The notes beneath the pieces are model-generated. The model saw only the letters and a program-made list of their open reading frames with translations, made no database searches and was not told where the DNA came from. Position numbers and translations under genes: made by a program. A DNA stretch of 63,521 bases, the filler included, from Reclinomonas americana ATCC 50394 (taxonomy: Eukaryota): NCBI GenBank assembly GCA_048213135.1. It is 18 parts of 18 records of this genome, joined end to end, with 100 filler letters (N's around TTAATTAATTAA, not from the genome) between each part and the next. Parts side by side here need not be neighbours in the genome. Positions count along the whole stretch, not along the records: positions 10,027 to 24,714 come from AFZH01020432.1; positions 24,815 to 26,626 come from AFZH01020433.1; 16 more parts are not named here. The stretch is one strand, 5' to 3'. Shown piece by piece: positions 13,001 to 25,081 of the stretch (within the stretch, counting starts at the first letter, position 1; the number at the start of each line of letters is the position of its first letter).

Positions 13001-16000
13001 TGATTTCGGGTTCAACGTACGATTTTCGACTGCGCCCAGGTGTGTTGCAACACTTCTTGTCCACCTTACCGTACTTTCCTTCTCTCTCGATTCCTGTGGA
13101 TTCGTGCTCATTGCATTTGGTTTTGTCCTTTGCAGTGACTGCGCTTCAGCACCTTACCACGGCTTCGTACTCGACGCTGTCCATCACCCTTTCGCCGTCA
13201 TACGCATACACGCCGACCAAGACTCTGCGGGACTACATTCTTCTCGAGCAGTACCCCGTGGTCAGTGTGCCAGTCAACACCGTTATCAAGGGAGTCGGTA
13301 CGGAAGTCAGCAGCAGTGGCTGTAATGCAGCACCACTCACGCATTGTTTGGTGCAGGCAACCGCTCTCTCACGGCAGCGGACCTGAAGATGCAACTGCCG
13401 TCGTATTCAGTGCGCCGCCTCACATTGGCCGCCAGTCCTTCCACTGGCACCTTCACTATTGACTGCGAGGGATTCCCGTTCTACACCAGTGACAACAGCG
13501 ACATGTTTACAATCGAGTACGTTTTCACTGGAGCCGTCCTCGACCGGTGCAATGCAGTTGCGTTGCAGCAGTAGCACGACTTCCCCTAGTATGCCCCTCA
13601 TATTTGAGATTCGTTTCCGGCAGACTGGAATGGACACTGGAGGGTTCGAGTTGCAACAAAACAGCAAGCTGACACTTACCAACGGCATTATTCAGCGCTG
13701 CGTCGCCTGCGTGGCAGCCTTGCAAATGGGCACAGTGATACTGAATAATGTGCAAATGACGGGTGAGTGCACAAGCAAGTGTTTGAATGTGTGAGTGTAC
13801 TGACTGATGTGTTTTTTGCATTCGTTGTGCAGGCGTTCAACAGGTTCGAGATCTTGATGATTGTTTTTTTTTCGCACTTGCTTGCATTCATTCTGCTGAC
13901 CTCTTGCCAAATAACAGGGTGTGATCGTGAACGGCGATGCCAATACGGTGCTGCAGGTGTTGAACTCCCGCATCAGCTACTCGAGCCTTCCCGTGTTTCT
14001 CTCTGGTGGCCAAGGGACTGTGCACTTCAACAACACGCTGTGCGAACGGAGCGCAGCCAACAGGCCGACAAACTTTAACAACAACTCGGGCGCAGCTTGC
14101 ATCTACTCGCAGGGTGCCCAGTTGTTCATCTATGGTTCCAGGTTGGTGATTGCTAGAATCAAGCTACGGGATTGCCATTTCTTGATTCTTTCTATTGGCT
14201 GTTGTGATGATGTCTAATGCGCCTATGCACTCGCTCACTTCCTCGCCATCTGCAGCTTCCAGCACAACTACGTGGACCAGTATGGCATCCAAGGAGCCGC
14301 TGTGCTCATTAATGGCGGCCAAGTGACTATGTCGGGCAATGTGTTTTGGGTAATCATCCCAAGACTGTGTTCATCGGTTTACGTTCCATTCCGTCTTACT
14401 TGAATGTGTGTATGAGCAGAACAATACCGGCTCATTTGGCTCGGCACTGCTTTTTAATAGTTCGACAGTTATCTGCTTTGTAAGTAAGGACGTTCATTTG
14501 TTGACCTCTCGCTGCTGCGCAGCTGGCCAAATGGTGGCCTCCAACTGCACCTTCACCTCGAATGTGTGCTCCACGTACGGTGGAGCAATGCAAGTGTCGG
14601 GTGCGGTTTCTTGTTTCTCACGCGAGAGGCGGTGCCAAAATGTGTTCTCATTGTGTGATATGACGCAGATGGGAGCTTCACTCTCTCTTCATCAGTGTTC
14701 TCGAACAACCAGGCTGCGCAAGGTGGTGCACTTTCATACAGCTCGTCAGCACAATCCACCATCACCGACTGCACGTTTACGAGCAACAAGGCCGTTGTTG
14801 CTGCGAACTCACCGGACGAGCCGAGCGGGTATTTATTCATCACTCTTTGTCGTCACATTGAACTTTTGATGTTCATCGCTACTCGTTTCTCGTGCGCAGT
14901 GGTGCAATCTACCAGGATGCTGGCAGTCTTACGATCATGCGTGGAAACATCACTCTGAATGAGGCTCGTCGCTTAGCAAGCAATGTGCTTTCGCTTCTGC
15001 CGCATTTTTTCTTACTGAGTTGGGTGTTTCTTACAATAGGCCAAGATCGGCGCGGGCATCTTCACGGTGTGTGTGCATTGAAGTGCTAGCGCTCGTTAGA
15101 TTGCCGAATGACTCACTCGCGTGGCGTCAAATCTACAGACAGGATCCTTGACGGCCACTGGCACTACGTTGTCGCAGAACAAAGCCAGCAGTCGTGGCGG
15201 CGCTCTCTCTGCCACGCTTGCAGACATGCGACTGACGTTCCGTGGTTCTTGGCTCCGCATGTGCTTGCTACTCTTCTCCTCACTTCCGTTTCATCCGCGT
15301 CTTGCAGTTCGCTGACTGTGTCGATGAACACCGCCCAAAGCGGAGGAGGCTTGCAGCTGGCCTTTAGCACAGCCACCATTTCTCAGTGCAAGTTGACGCA
15401 GAATGTGGCGTCCGAGGTCGGTGGTGGATTGAGCTTGTACATTTCTCCAGTTACCATCAGCAACACGGCGTTTTCGTCGAACACGGCTGCTTCGAATGGC
15501 GGTGCATTGCAGGTGCGTTGACTCCTCCGTGCCAGAGTGCTGAACAGCAGAGAGCCTTAATCTCCCCTGCCTTTTCTCATAGTGCGACCAATCGGATACG
15601 CTGACCATCAACGACTCCAAGTTTTCAAGCAACGTGGCCACCAGTGGTATCGGTGGCGCTCTGTCAAGTTCACGCTGTGGCGTCACAATGTCGCGGACAT
15701 CATTCACACAAAACACGGCCGGCAGTAGTGGTGGCGCTGTCTATCTTGACGGCACGAGGTGCGGCAGGGGGTTGTAGGATGCTTGTACCCATCCTTGTGT
15801 AACCTATTCACTCTGCTGTCACTACCCGCAGAACGCACGTGCTGTCGGATTCAAGTTTGTCTGGCAACAAGGCCGGCGGTGACGGCGGAGCGCTGTGTCT
15901 CGGCGGCACTGCTCCTCTCTCCTTCAGCGGCTTTAACACGATCAGCGACAATACTGCAAGTGGTAATGGTGGTGGCCTGGCGTGCCCAGCGGTTTGTCGA

Positions 16001-19000
16001 ACTCTGTAGCGTTACAGGAGTCTTACTGGTGAATTGGAATTGACGGTTGTTGTCCTATTGATTGATGCAGTGCGGAGTGTTGTCCATTCGCGCCGCGAAC
16101 TCTACCACCAACACGAACACGTTCTCGGGCAACATTAGCACCGGCGGACACGGCGGTGCCATTTCACTGTTGTCATTCACGTCGGCTGTCATCGAGAATG
16201 CTCTTGTGAGCAAGAATAATTGGTATGCGCTCATTCGCTTTGCGTTCATTGTGTTGGTGTCTCACTCTCACACTTGTGGTGTTGCATCGCAGCACGACCG
16301 GTTATGGTGCGGATTGTGGAGAAACGCGATGTGCCTGCTTGTTGTAGTGCTCACTCCCATCGCAGGTGGCGGCTTCCATGTGGGAGACGGAGATGCCACG
16401 ATTCGCAGTACGAAGATCACCGGCAACGGCGCTGTAAAGGTATGGCGCTGCAGCATCCATACGAAGCGCTTTATGAAAACTTGCTGACTTCCACACAGGG
16501 TGGTGGCATGTACTACAGCACAAGCCGTGTGGCCTCGACCACATCGCAGAATTCGACCAGCATTTATGATTCCACAACTGGCTACGGGAGTATGTTGCAC
16601 GACCGAGCGATTCTCGTCACTCCGTTTGCCGAGTTCAAGGAGTTGGCGGAGGTACGCTGTATGAAAAGAAAAATTTCAACGCATGTTGATGTGCACAACT
16701 CGCTCATACTCGTTTGCGCCAGCACGTGCGCGACACAGCAAGTACCTCTGGATGTGTTGAGTCGGCGCTCTTTGCGGACAATGCAGCGTGAGTTTTCCAT
16801 TTGCAGAAGAAACCTTGATATCATGCACATGGCTAGGCTAACGCATGCGCCGCACACAGGTCGGTTGCTGGCGGCGCCATCTTCTTTGACAAGGCATCGC
16901 CGTGTACGAGCACCGCAGTGCAAGTGGACGCGTCCAACACGGCGACATATGGCGGCTTGTATGGCAGGTTTGTTATCGTGTGGGCAGCGATACGAACCGC
17001 CAGTAGATTGTCTGATCTGCACCGCGTGATGGGTCAGTAATGGACGAGGGCTGGCCTTCGGTGGCTTGGTGGTCACGGACACAACAACGACGACTACCAC
17101 CAGCAGCGTGGCCGAGTCAGAATTCATGAGCGGGAGCTTCGCTTACCGCAAGGTGGGAAACATGCGACTGGAGGCGCACATTCGCGGCAGCCTTGGTACG
17201 CTCTCCGGCACAAGTGGCGAGATTCTCAGTACGTTTGCCATCCTGCTGGTCGACACGTGAGTTGATGGCGAGAAGGGTCTGGCTGGTGTGTGCTTTGTTT
17301 CTGAATCTAATTCGCTGTGGTGAGCAGGTACGGACAAACAGTGTCGGATAGCGATGGGTTTGTTGGTACAACCAAGACAGAAAAAGGAGAGTGATTTGTG
17401 CCGTGGCTTATCCTCCTTGCAAACAGCACTGTGATCACGGCGGACACCAGCAGCAGCAACGTGACTATTGTCGGTGTGTGCGCTGCCGCGAAATCAAGCC
17501 CGTGGTGAAAAATGTCCACTCACTGTGTGCGCGTGTTTGCAGGAACACGAAGTGTTCCTGTTTCAGGCGGTGTCGCCAAATTCACGTGCGTGTGCACACG
17601 CACTCATGTGAGAAGGGGAGACAGAGGTTTACTGATTTGTTGTTTGGTGTGGGCTTGCAGCAACTTTGGTGTGACTGCCAAGCCGGGTTCGACCAATGTC
17701 ATTGTGAGTGCGGCTTGACTGCTCTCATTACTACCGACTTCTCGTCCTGACTAGCTCTTGTCGTTTTGCAGAACTTCCAAACAACACTCAGCACCACTGT
17801 CTTGTCGGTTGCTGTAAGCCTCCGCTCGTGCGTACCGAGCGAGTACGAAGACACCACGGCGTTGGTGTTGCGTTTGCTTGGCTGTGCGTATTCTAGCGAA
17901 GCGAAAAGCCTCACATGATCTGCGCTTTGCGTACGACAGCTGTCGTTCGTGCACCGGCACGGACTTTACCTTGCACTCGGGGGAGACGCAGGTTTGTGTT
18001 GGGGTGAGAGAGGGGAAGGAGAGAAACGAGGACAGAACGGATTGAAGCGGGAGTACAAGAACATTGTTTGATGCGGACTGAATGTTATTGTGTTGTCCTT
18101 GTGCAGTGCCGCTCGTGCCCCACTGGTTTGTGTACTCAGATTTCGCGTGCTGTAAGTCTCGCGGAAGAGCTCTAATGTGCTCGCTGCAGGTGGAATTTGC
18201 GACACTGGACTGCTCACGCAACCAGACACTGGATACTGGCGCTCCAGCAATGAAAGCGTGCGTGAAGTTGCCTTGACTGTAATTCGCGGAAGTCGTGTGT
18301 CTAATCTTTCTCGAATTCCATCCACATACAGGTTTCATTCTACTCTTGTCCGCGAGAGGATTGGTGTGTGCGGTTTGCGCTTTCCACTGTGAGGCGTGGC
18401 TTGTTGCCAACCAATCCATTCTTGCAGGTGTCCCAATGATAACGGTACTTCATGTGCGGACGGTCACTACGGTCCGGTGTGCGCTCTGTGCATTCCGGGG
18501 TACTACCTGACCAGCGCCAAGTGTGGTCGTTGCGTTTCGCTGCAGTGTGCTCTCTGATCCTCTGATGTGCACTCATTGTGTCATTCGCACTGAACAGCGT
18601 GTCCGACCGCCGGTAACTCCATGGTCACCCTGATCATCCTCATTGCTATCCTTACTGGTGTGGTGATCTTCTTCTACTTTTTGAGGACTTCTGTTGCGTG
18701 CTCTTCCATGGATGCAAGAAAGGAGTGGCAGTTTTCTCACTTGTTTGCGTCTGTTGCCAATAGGGTGCCATGATCAAAGTCCGGTGAGTGTTGCTCGTAC
18801 GTAATAATGACTGGATGATTACTCAATTCCCGCTTTCACTGTCGTCACCAGCATCATCATTTCTTACATTCAGATGGTGTGTGTTGGTTGAGCAATTCCA
18901 TGGCATGAAGTGGACATGGGTGCTCATGAGTTGTATTGTTTGTTTGCAGGTCTATGAGGTACTGCGACAGTGATGTGAAATTGTGTGCTGGGCGGTTGTG

Positions 19001-21530
19001 GAAAGGGCTGTGCTGACAGTGTATTCTTCTCACCTCTGTGTGCAGTTACCAAACTATCAAGTGTCGTGGCCAATCGGGTGAGTTTTCCGTCGCGTGAATT
19101 AGAAGCTGGAGTGCATTCACTCGCTCACGTGTCTATTCACAGGTGGCTGTCGGTGACGCGTCTGTTCTCCTTTATCAACCTGGACATTTTCAAGGCCACT
19201 CCGCTGCCATGCATCGTTCCCGGAAGTGGAAACTACCTCGTCAAGCTATATGTGCGTGGTCGCAGGAACGAAGGGGAGGGGAAGGGAGAGGGGGAAGGAG
19301 AACAGGAGGGAAGGAGTGGGAAGGGAAGTTAGCGGTTTGGAGAAGAGAGGGTGATCGAGAGGAGAAAGTAGGGGAAGGGGAGAGGAGAAGCATGAATGGG
19401 GTGGGATGGAAGGGGGGCCATGGCGAGCGAGGCAAGCGTAAGATGAGAGGGGAGGACAAGGAAGAGTAAGAGTAGGAGAAGAGAAGCGAACCGTAAGGAT
19501 ATTGAAAAGCATGCAACGTTGGGATGTCCGAGTGAGGAGTGAAGGATAGCAAACTTACGAAGCACGAGAACACAAGATGAGAAGAAAAGTGAAGGAGAAG
19601 AGGATGCTTGAGCTGCGTGGAGACAATGACTTTGTGAAGATCAGAAAGGGCATGAAAGATCCGTATTGAATATTGGAGACTTTCTTTGCTCCCTTGCGCA
19701 TTGGAGATGCGGTACTACTCGTCATCTCGCGCTCACAATTTCCTTGGTGACAGTTGATCCCGTCGGCGCCATTCATGGTGATTGGCCTTCTCGGCCTGTT
19801 CATGCTGATTCGCGTGCCTAAAGCGCGCGCCGCGGTCCTCAACTTTATTCGACGTTGCATACGCCGCAAGACGGCATCCACCACAGCCGTGACTCCCATC
19901 GACACGACTCCCGAAGGCGGTGTCGACGACGCGCACAGCGAGCACGGGCAGTTGGCGCTGACCGGCAAGGTTCGTGACGATGGAGTTGAGACGATAGCCG
20001 TTCACCACGACGACCACGTGCAAGGTGCGCTTGCGTGTGAGAGCACCGATCAATCTGCGCAGCAATTTAGAATACTTGTGTCGCGCGCAGACGCCACCAC
20101 ACCGCATCACCTGGCGCTCACCGCCGCCGAGGCCTCTGGAAAGGTCGCTCCGGATCCAGACCCCGGCATGCATGGACTCACCAGTCCGGCGACTCACAGT
20201 GCCATTTTCGCCATGCGTCACTCGGACGACCAGCCACGGACGATTGCGCACTTTGTGTCTGCGTCGTCCTTGCCAGATCGGGAGGTGAACGATGGGGAAC
20301 GGAGGTGTTGCGGTGGAAAGGACAAGATACTAACGCACACTCGAATTCGGCAGCGGTGGATGTCGCTGAGGCCAAACTCTGTCGAGCACAGTGATCTCGG
20401 TTCCACGCGAGTGGAGCGCGACACGCACGCAGCAGACGGTGGGGATGAAACCGATCACTCGGATGGTTAGTGTTGTCGAGCATATCGTGCCACCGCAAGA
20501 TCATTTCGTCTCTCACTCGTCGTGAGCAATGGTCAGGCGAGACTCCGAGTCACGGCAAGGTGGTGGCAAATGTCGGTGGAGAAAGTGACAAGGGCGACGG
20601 AGAGCTAAAGTCACAGGAGATGCAAAACATGGCACCGGATGGCACAGTGATCAAGGCCACTGTTACTGTGACGACGGTTGTGAAACGGCATGACCATGTG
20701 CTGTCGCCAAAGGAGCTGTTTGTGCAGCGCGCCTTCTTGATTGTGAGTTCCTGTTACTTGCGAGTGATGTGTGCCATGTCTTGCTGACTCACCTATCCTT
20801 TCTCAGTTCTTCCTGTCGTATCCCGGCACGTCGGTCATTCTCATGTCGTACTTCCGCTGCTTGACTCTGGACGACGGTCAGTGGTTGTACAATGGTTGGT
20901 ACTGCGCTGCTGTGTGGTCCTGTGGTGTGCTCTCGCTCTTTGTTGCTCAATCGCCTCTCTGCCTACGCAGACTTGACGTACCGCTGCTTTGATTCGTTGC
21001 GTCGCTGCGCGCGAACTGCATCGCAGTGCCGAATAATCTCCTCATTGTGCGTCGCTCGCAGAAAATGGATCCTCCAGCTGCCCTGGGTGGTCACCATGAT
21101 GGCGTACGTCTCATTATACTTCTTGCCTTCAATTATTCATTCCACTGTGGCTGACCTCCTGTGCGTGTATGCGTGCTGCGCAGACTCATCCCGCTTGGCT
21201 TCCCGCTCTTCATCATCATCTTTACCATTCGCAACAGACATCAGCTGCGAGAACCTGCTTTTGAGAAGAGGTGGGGATTCTTCTATGAGGCCTACCGGTG
21301 AGTTGCATGCATGTTGGCTGAGTGCATCGCTTCTGATATGACAAGGTGCTCATCATTTCTTTGCGCCCACACAGACCTGGTGCTGAGGTGCTTTCATTCT
21401 GGACGCTTGTTGACGTGATGCTTCACTTGCGCTGACTTTTGTTGTCAAATGTTCTTGCAGTACTGGGAAGCAATCGAAACCTTCCGCAAGCTCATCCTGG
21501 CCAGCGCGCTTGTTGTCATCGGTGAGCTGG

Positions 21531-21570
<40 letters not shown>

Positions 21571-23067
21571 GATGGAGAGGGAAAGAAAGGACATAGACGT
21601 GCACGAACACACACATACACACACGGAGAGAGAGCAGCCTGTCATGTCATCGTGCGAAGTACAGAGTGAGAGATGTTGCTGCTCAATGTTTTTCACCATG
21701 TAGGTGTCCGATCCAGCTTGCAGCTCGTGTTGGGCATGGTAAGGAAAGCGACTGGAGGAAAGCAGATGTTGTTGTTGCTTTCCCTTCTCACGCGTGACGC
21801 GCAGGTGGTGATCACGTTGGCTCTGGTGGCTCACTTGCAGATTCGCCCGTTCGCCAAACTCAGCGACCAGCGACTTCAGTCGGCGGTGTGTGCTCGCTGT
21901 CGCTGATGTATTGTGCTACGTGATTCTGATTGACTCATCTTGTATCATGTGCACACAGGCGCTGGTTTGTCCACATAAGACTGGCAATCTGAGTTGATGT
22001 CGGCTGACGCATTTTTCATTCTTTGCGCAGATGGATCTCTGGTCTCTCATGTTCATCGGCATGAGTCTGAAGATGGAGACGCTGCCGGCGGAGGCCAGCA
22101 TTTTCAGCAATCTGCTGATCGTACTGACCTGCATCAGTTGCGTCTCACAAGCAAACGAAGCGATAAGAGCAATTTGAACGCGCACATGCTCACCTTGCTC
22201 ATGTCTCTCTTGTAGTTTTGGTTTACGGCAGCGGAGGTGCGTTAGGAGTGTTTTGTTTGGTTCATGCTTGTGAGAGGTTTCTCACCACGCTCTCTTGTCA
22301 CAGTTTTCTTGGCGGAGGTACAAATCCTGTCGCCGCTTGCGCTGTCTTTCTTGTCTCTTCCAAATCTCACTCACATGCGTCTCTCTTTTCGTTCGCGCTC
22401 GTGCCTCCAGTTTGTCATGCAGGTGAGTTGGTCGACCGCATGCGTGGACGACCTGCACTCTTTCTTGTCATCGCATGAACTCACTCCGTCTGAGCAGACC
22501 TACGAAGTGATTTCGCACTACCCGCGACTGCGCAAGTACCTCGGATGGGCCTGCTGCATGTGCCTGCCGTGGTGCAAGCCGAAACACGAGGACGAGGAGG
22601 ACGAGCACGAAATCCAGCAGGAGATGATTGCCGAGGCGGTGGCGGCCGCGCGGCACCAGCTGGCCAACTCGAGTTGCGAATCCATGCGTGTAGTGTGCAT
22701 TTGCATACATCTTACTTACGCTCACTCGCGCTTGCGCTCGAACAACGCAGAAGTGTTCCTTCCCGAGGTGCACCACGAACACGGAGATGATATTGCAGAT
22801 GATGACGCCGTCAAGCAACGCGCATACCAAGTTCACTCGCTCGATCGCGACGACGATGCGCGCCACCCAGCGGGGACAGGCCTCTTGGTGCCGCCGCTTG
22901 TGCCGCCGGTGCCACCGGAAAGCATGTCGTGGCGCCAACGCCGAGCAAACCTCGCGTCGACACCGTTCGCCACTACCCTGGTGAATGTGCCGGAAGAGGA
23001 GCACGACGAGGCGAGTGACGGGGAAGACGGTCAGCGGCATCCTGTAAAGCCCGCAGCACGCAGCTGA
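10027..23067 (+). CDS. Very large receptor/adhesin-like multi-pass membrane protein: propeller-like N-terminus, FN3, GGA(I/L)/FxxN parallel beta-helix repeats, Ig-like, Cys-rich region, about 7 or more TM helices (dozens of short exons; start not resolved)
   Basis: Exon translations include NDVANGVAVDS, VVLTWSIP...CTVSGLISGSTYDFRLRP (FN3), FSNNQAAQGGAL, FSSNTAASNGGAL, GYWRSS, CADGHYGPVCALCIPGYY, IIISYIQ, FFLSYPGTS..YFRCLTLDDG..ADLTYRC, WGFFYEAYR..YWEAIETFRKL and HLQIRPF. Exact exon structure is only partly resolved. Confidence 0.75.
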
Positions 23068-23145
23068 GGGGCAGAAAAAGAAATAAGAGACTGAAAAAAT
23101 AATACAACAATGTTACATAGGTGTTTACGAACCCTGCAGCGCTGC

Positions 23146-23757
23146 CTATGGCTTGCCAAACCAATACGCCTGACCGCAGAGAGCCAGCTGGCGGAAAAGG
23201 TTACGACATTCGCCGCCGCCCATGGCGGCTGCCGCCGCGATCGATGAGGAGGAGACGGCGGGGTGATGGTGCGCGAGACAGGATTCGAGGTGAAGGCGGG
23301 TGCTCTCGCAGTGTTTTTCGGCCTCACGGGTGCTGGGGGAATGAAGGGATTGGGGGGAAGGGGAAGGGGAAGGGAAAAGGACACGGGATGGGAAGGGTAG
23401 GACGGACGCGAGGAGAAGGGAAAGTAGATGAAAGATGCAAGAAAGAAAGGGCGACGGGAGAGAGAACTCAGAAGACGGCAGACGAGAGATAGAGAGAGAG
23501 TGTGTGTGTGTGAGAGAGAGAGGGAGAGAGAGATAGAGATCAAGCGGAAGAGGCGATGTCGGGAAGCGCGCTCGACACGAGAAGTGATTCCAGCGAAGAA
23601 TGGACTGCAAGTGAGGACGGATCCGGAGCTGAGAGAAGGGCAAAGGCCATGAACACAGAGACAAGGAGCTGAAGGAGCGAGAGAAGAGAGAGGCGACGAC
23701 GCTATGCGGGTGAAAGAGGATCTGGGTGGTTACTGTCGGTGTATGATGCTTGGGGTG

Positions 23758-23788
<31 letters not shown>

Positions 23789-24353
23789 CGAGGATGGATA
23801 GATGAAAGAAGAAGGAACGCAGGCTGAAAGTATCGAGATGAGTGAGAGAACGGAAGCCGGGGGGAAGCCGAGGACGGAATGCAGATGGCGTGTTGAGGGA
23901 AGGCAAAGGAGGCAAGGAAGACGACATCAAGAGCGGAGAAGAGGACGGCATGCAGGCGATTGAATATAGACCACGGTGCCAACGGGAGAAAGACAACTTG
24001 AACAAGAAAGACGAGCGTAGAAGTCAGCGAGGGGTTAGAGGTGAATGAAGGGAAGTGGGAGTAGGCGGGGAGGATGCGATGCAGACAAACGACCAGGCAT
24101 CATTGCGATCCCGATCGCATCCCCGCGTTTTGTAAACAACCTGCTTTCCCATCCACCATCCACCACGAAACTGATGCACCAAGCACTCCTGCAGCTGCGT
24201 CAAGCGCGGCGTGCACTGATCCCTCAATCTTGTCGACTCGTGCTGCTGTTCTTGCGCTTTTTCCGATGCCACACACGCGCGAAAGGCCTCGTACTCTGAA
24301 GGGCATCGACTCCGACACATGCGCAGTTGCACATCGTCAGGTTCTTCGCTCAT
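23146..24353 (-). CDS. Protein with two twin-CX9C (CHCH) hairpins; CHCHD5/Mix14-like, probable mitochondrial intermembrane-space protein
   Basis: Exon 1: MSEEPDD..CPSEYEAFRAC..CTPRLTQLQEC. Last exon (after a pyrimidine tract/AG near 23333): CESTRLHLESC..CRNLFRQLALC..WFGKP*. All four motifs are exact CX9C. Confidence 0.7.
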
Positions 24354-25081
24354 TGTTTGGCGAATGCCAATACTCCGCCGATGCGTTTGAGGGGGGGTCG
24401 GAAGCCAAAAATTCATTATTTCGCGAGCGGAATTCTTTTTGTCCACGGACACAACAGAATTCTTTTTTTTTTCGGCGTCTGCTGTCAAAGCCGCTTTAAC
24501 CGCGCTCTTCTCAGTGCTGTGCAACGTCTGGTTCGCGGCAAATAACGCCACTGTAGACCAAGTCTACATAAGGCTTTGTCGATCGGACGGATGTATGGAC
24601 TCAGTCTACACAGCCGGCGTGTTCCTGCCGTTACTGTGTGCAAGACTGACTTTCTGCACGTGCTGGCAGGTTTGCAGGCGGTATACACTAAAGTATGCAG
24701 GATGAGACGGAGCGNNNNNNNNNNNNNNNNNNNNNNNNNNNNNNNNNNNNNNNNNNNNTTAATTAATTAANNNNNNNNNNNNNNNNNNNNNNNNNNNNNN
24801 NNNNNNNNNNNNNNATAGGAGCGTTACGAGGACGAATTCAAGTTATTTCCAGGGGTGCAAAGCCATTGTATGGCCGGTTCACAGGCGCAAGATTCATTTT
24901 CCTGGCTCGCAAGAATTCTTTCCTATGGTCACAAAATCTCGGAATTCATTATTTTGGTCCTCGAAATGCCGGGATTCTTTTTTTTTGCTGAATGCATTTC
25001 GGGGTTCCGACCCCCCCGTTTGAGTGAGGGTTACGACGGCTGGCAATTTCCCCCTGCCAGAGTAACCCTCGGTAACCCGCG

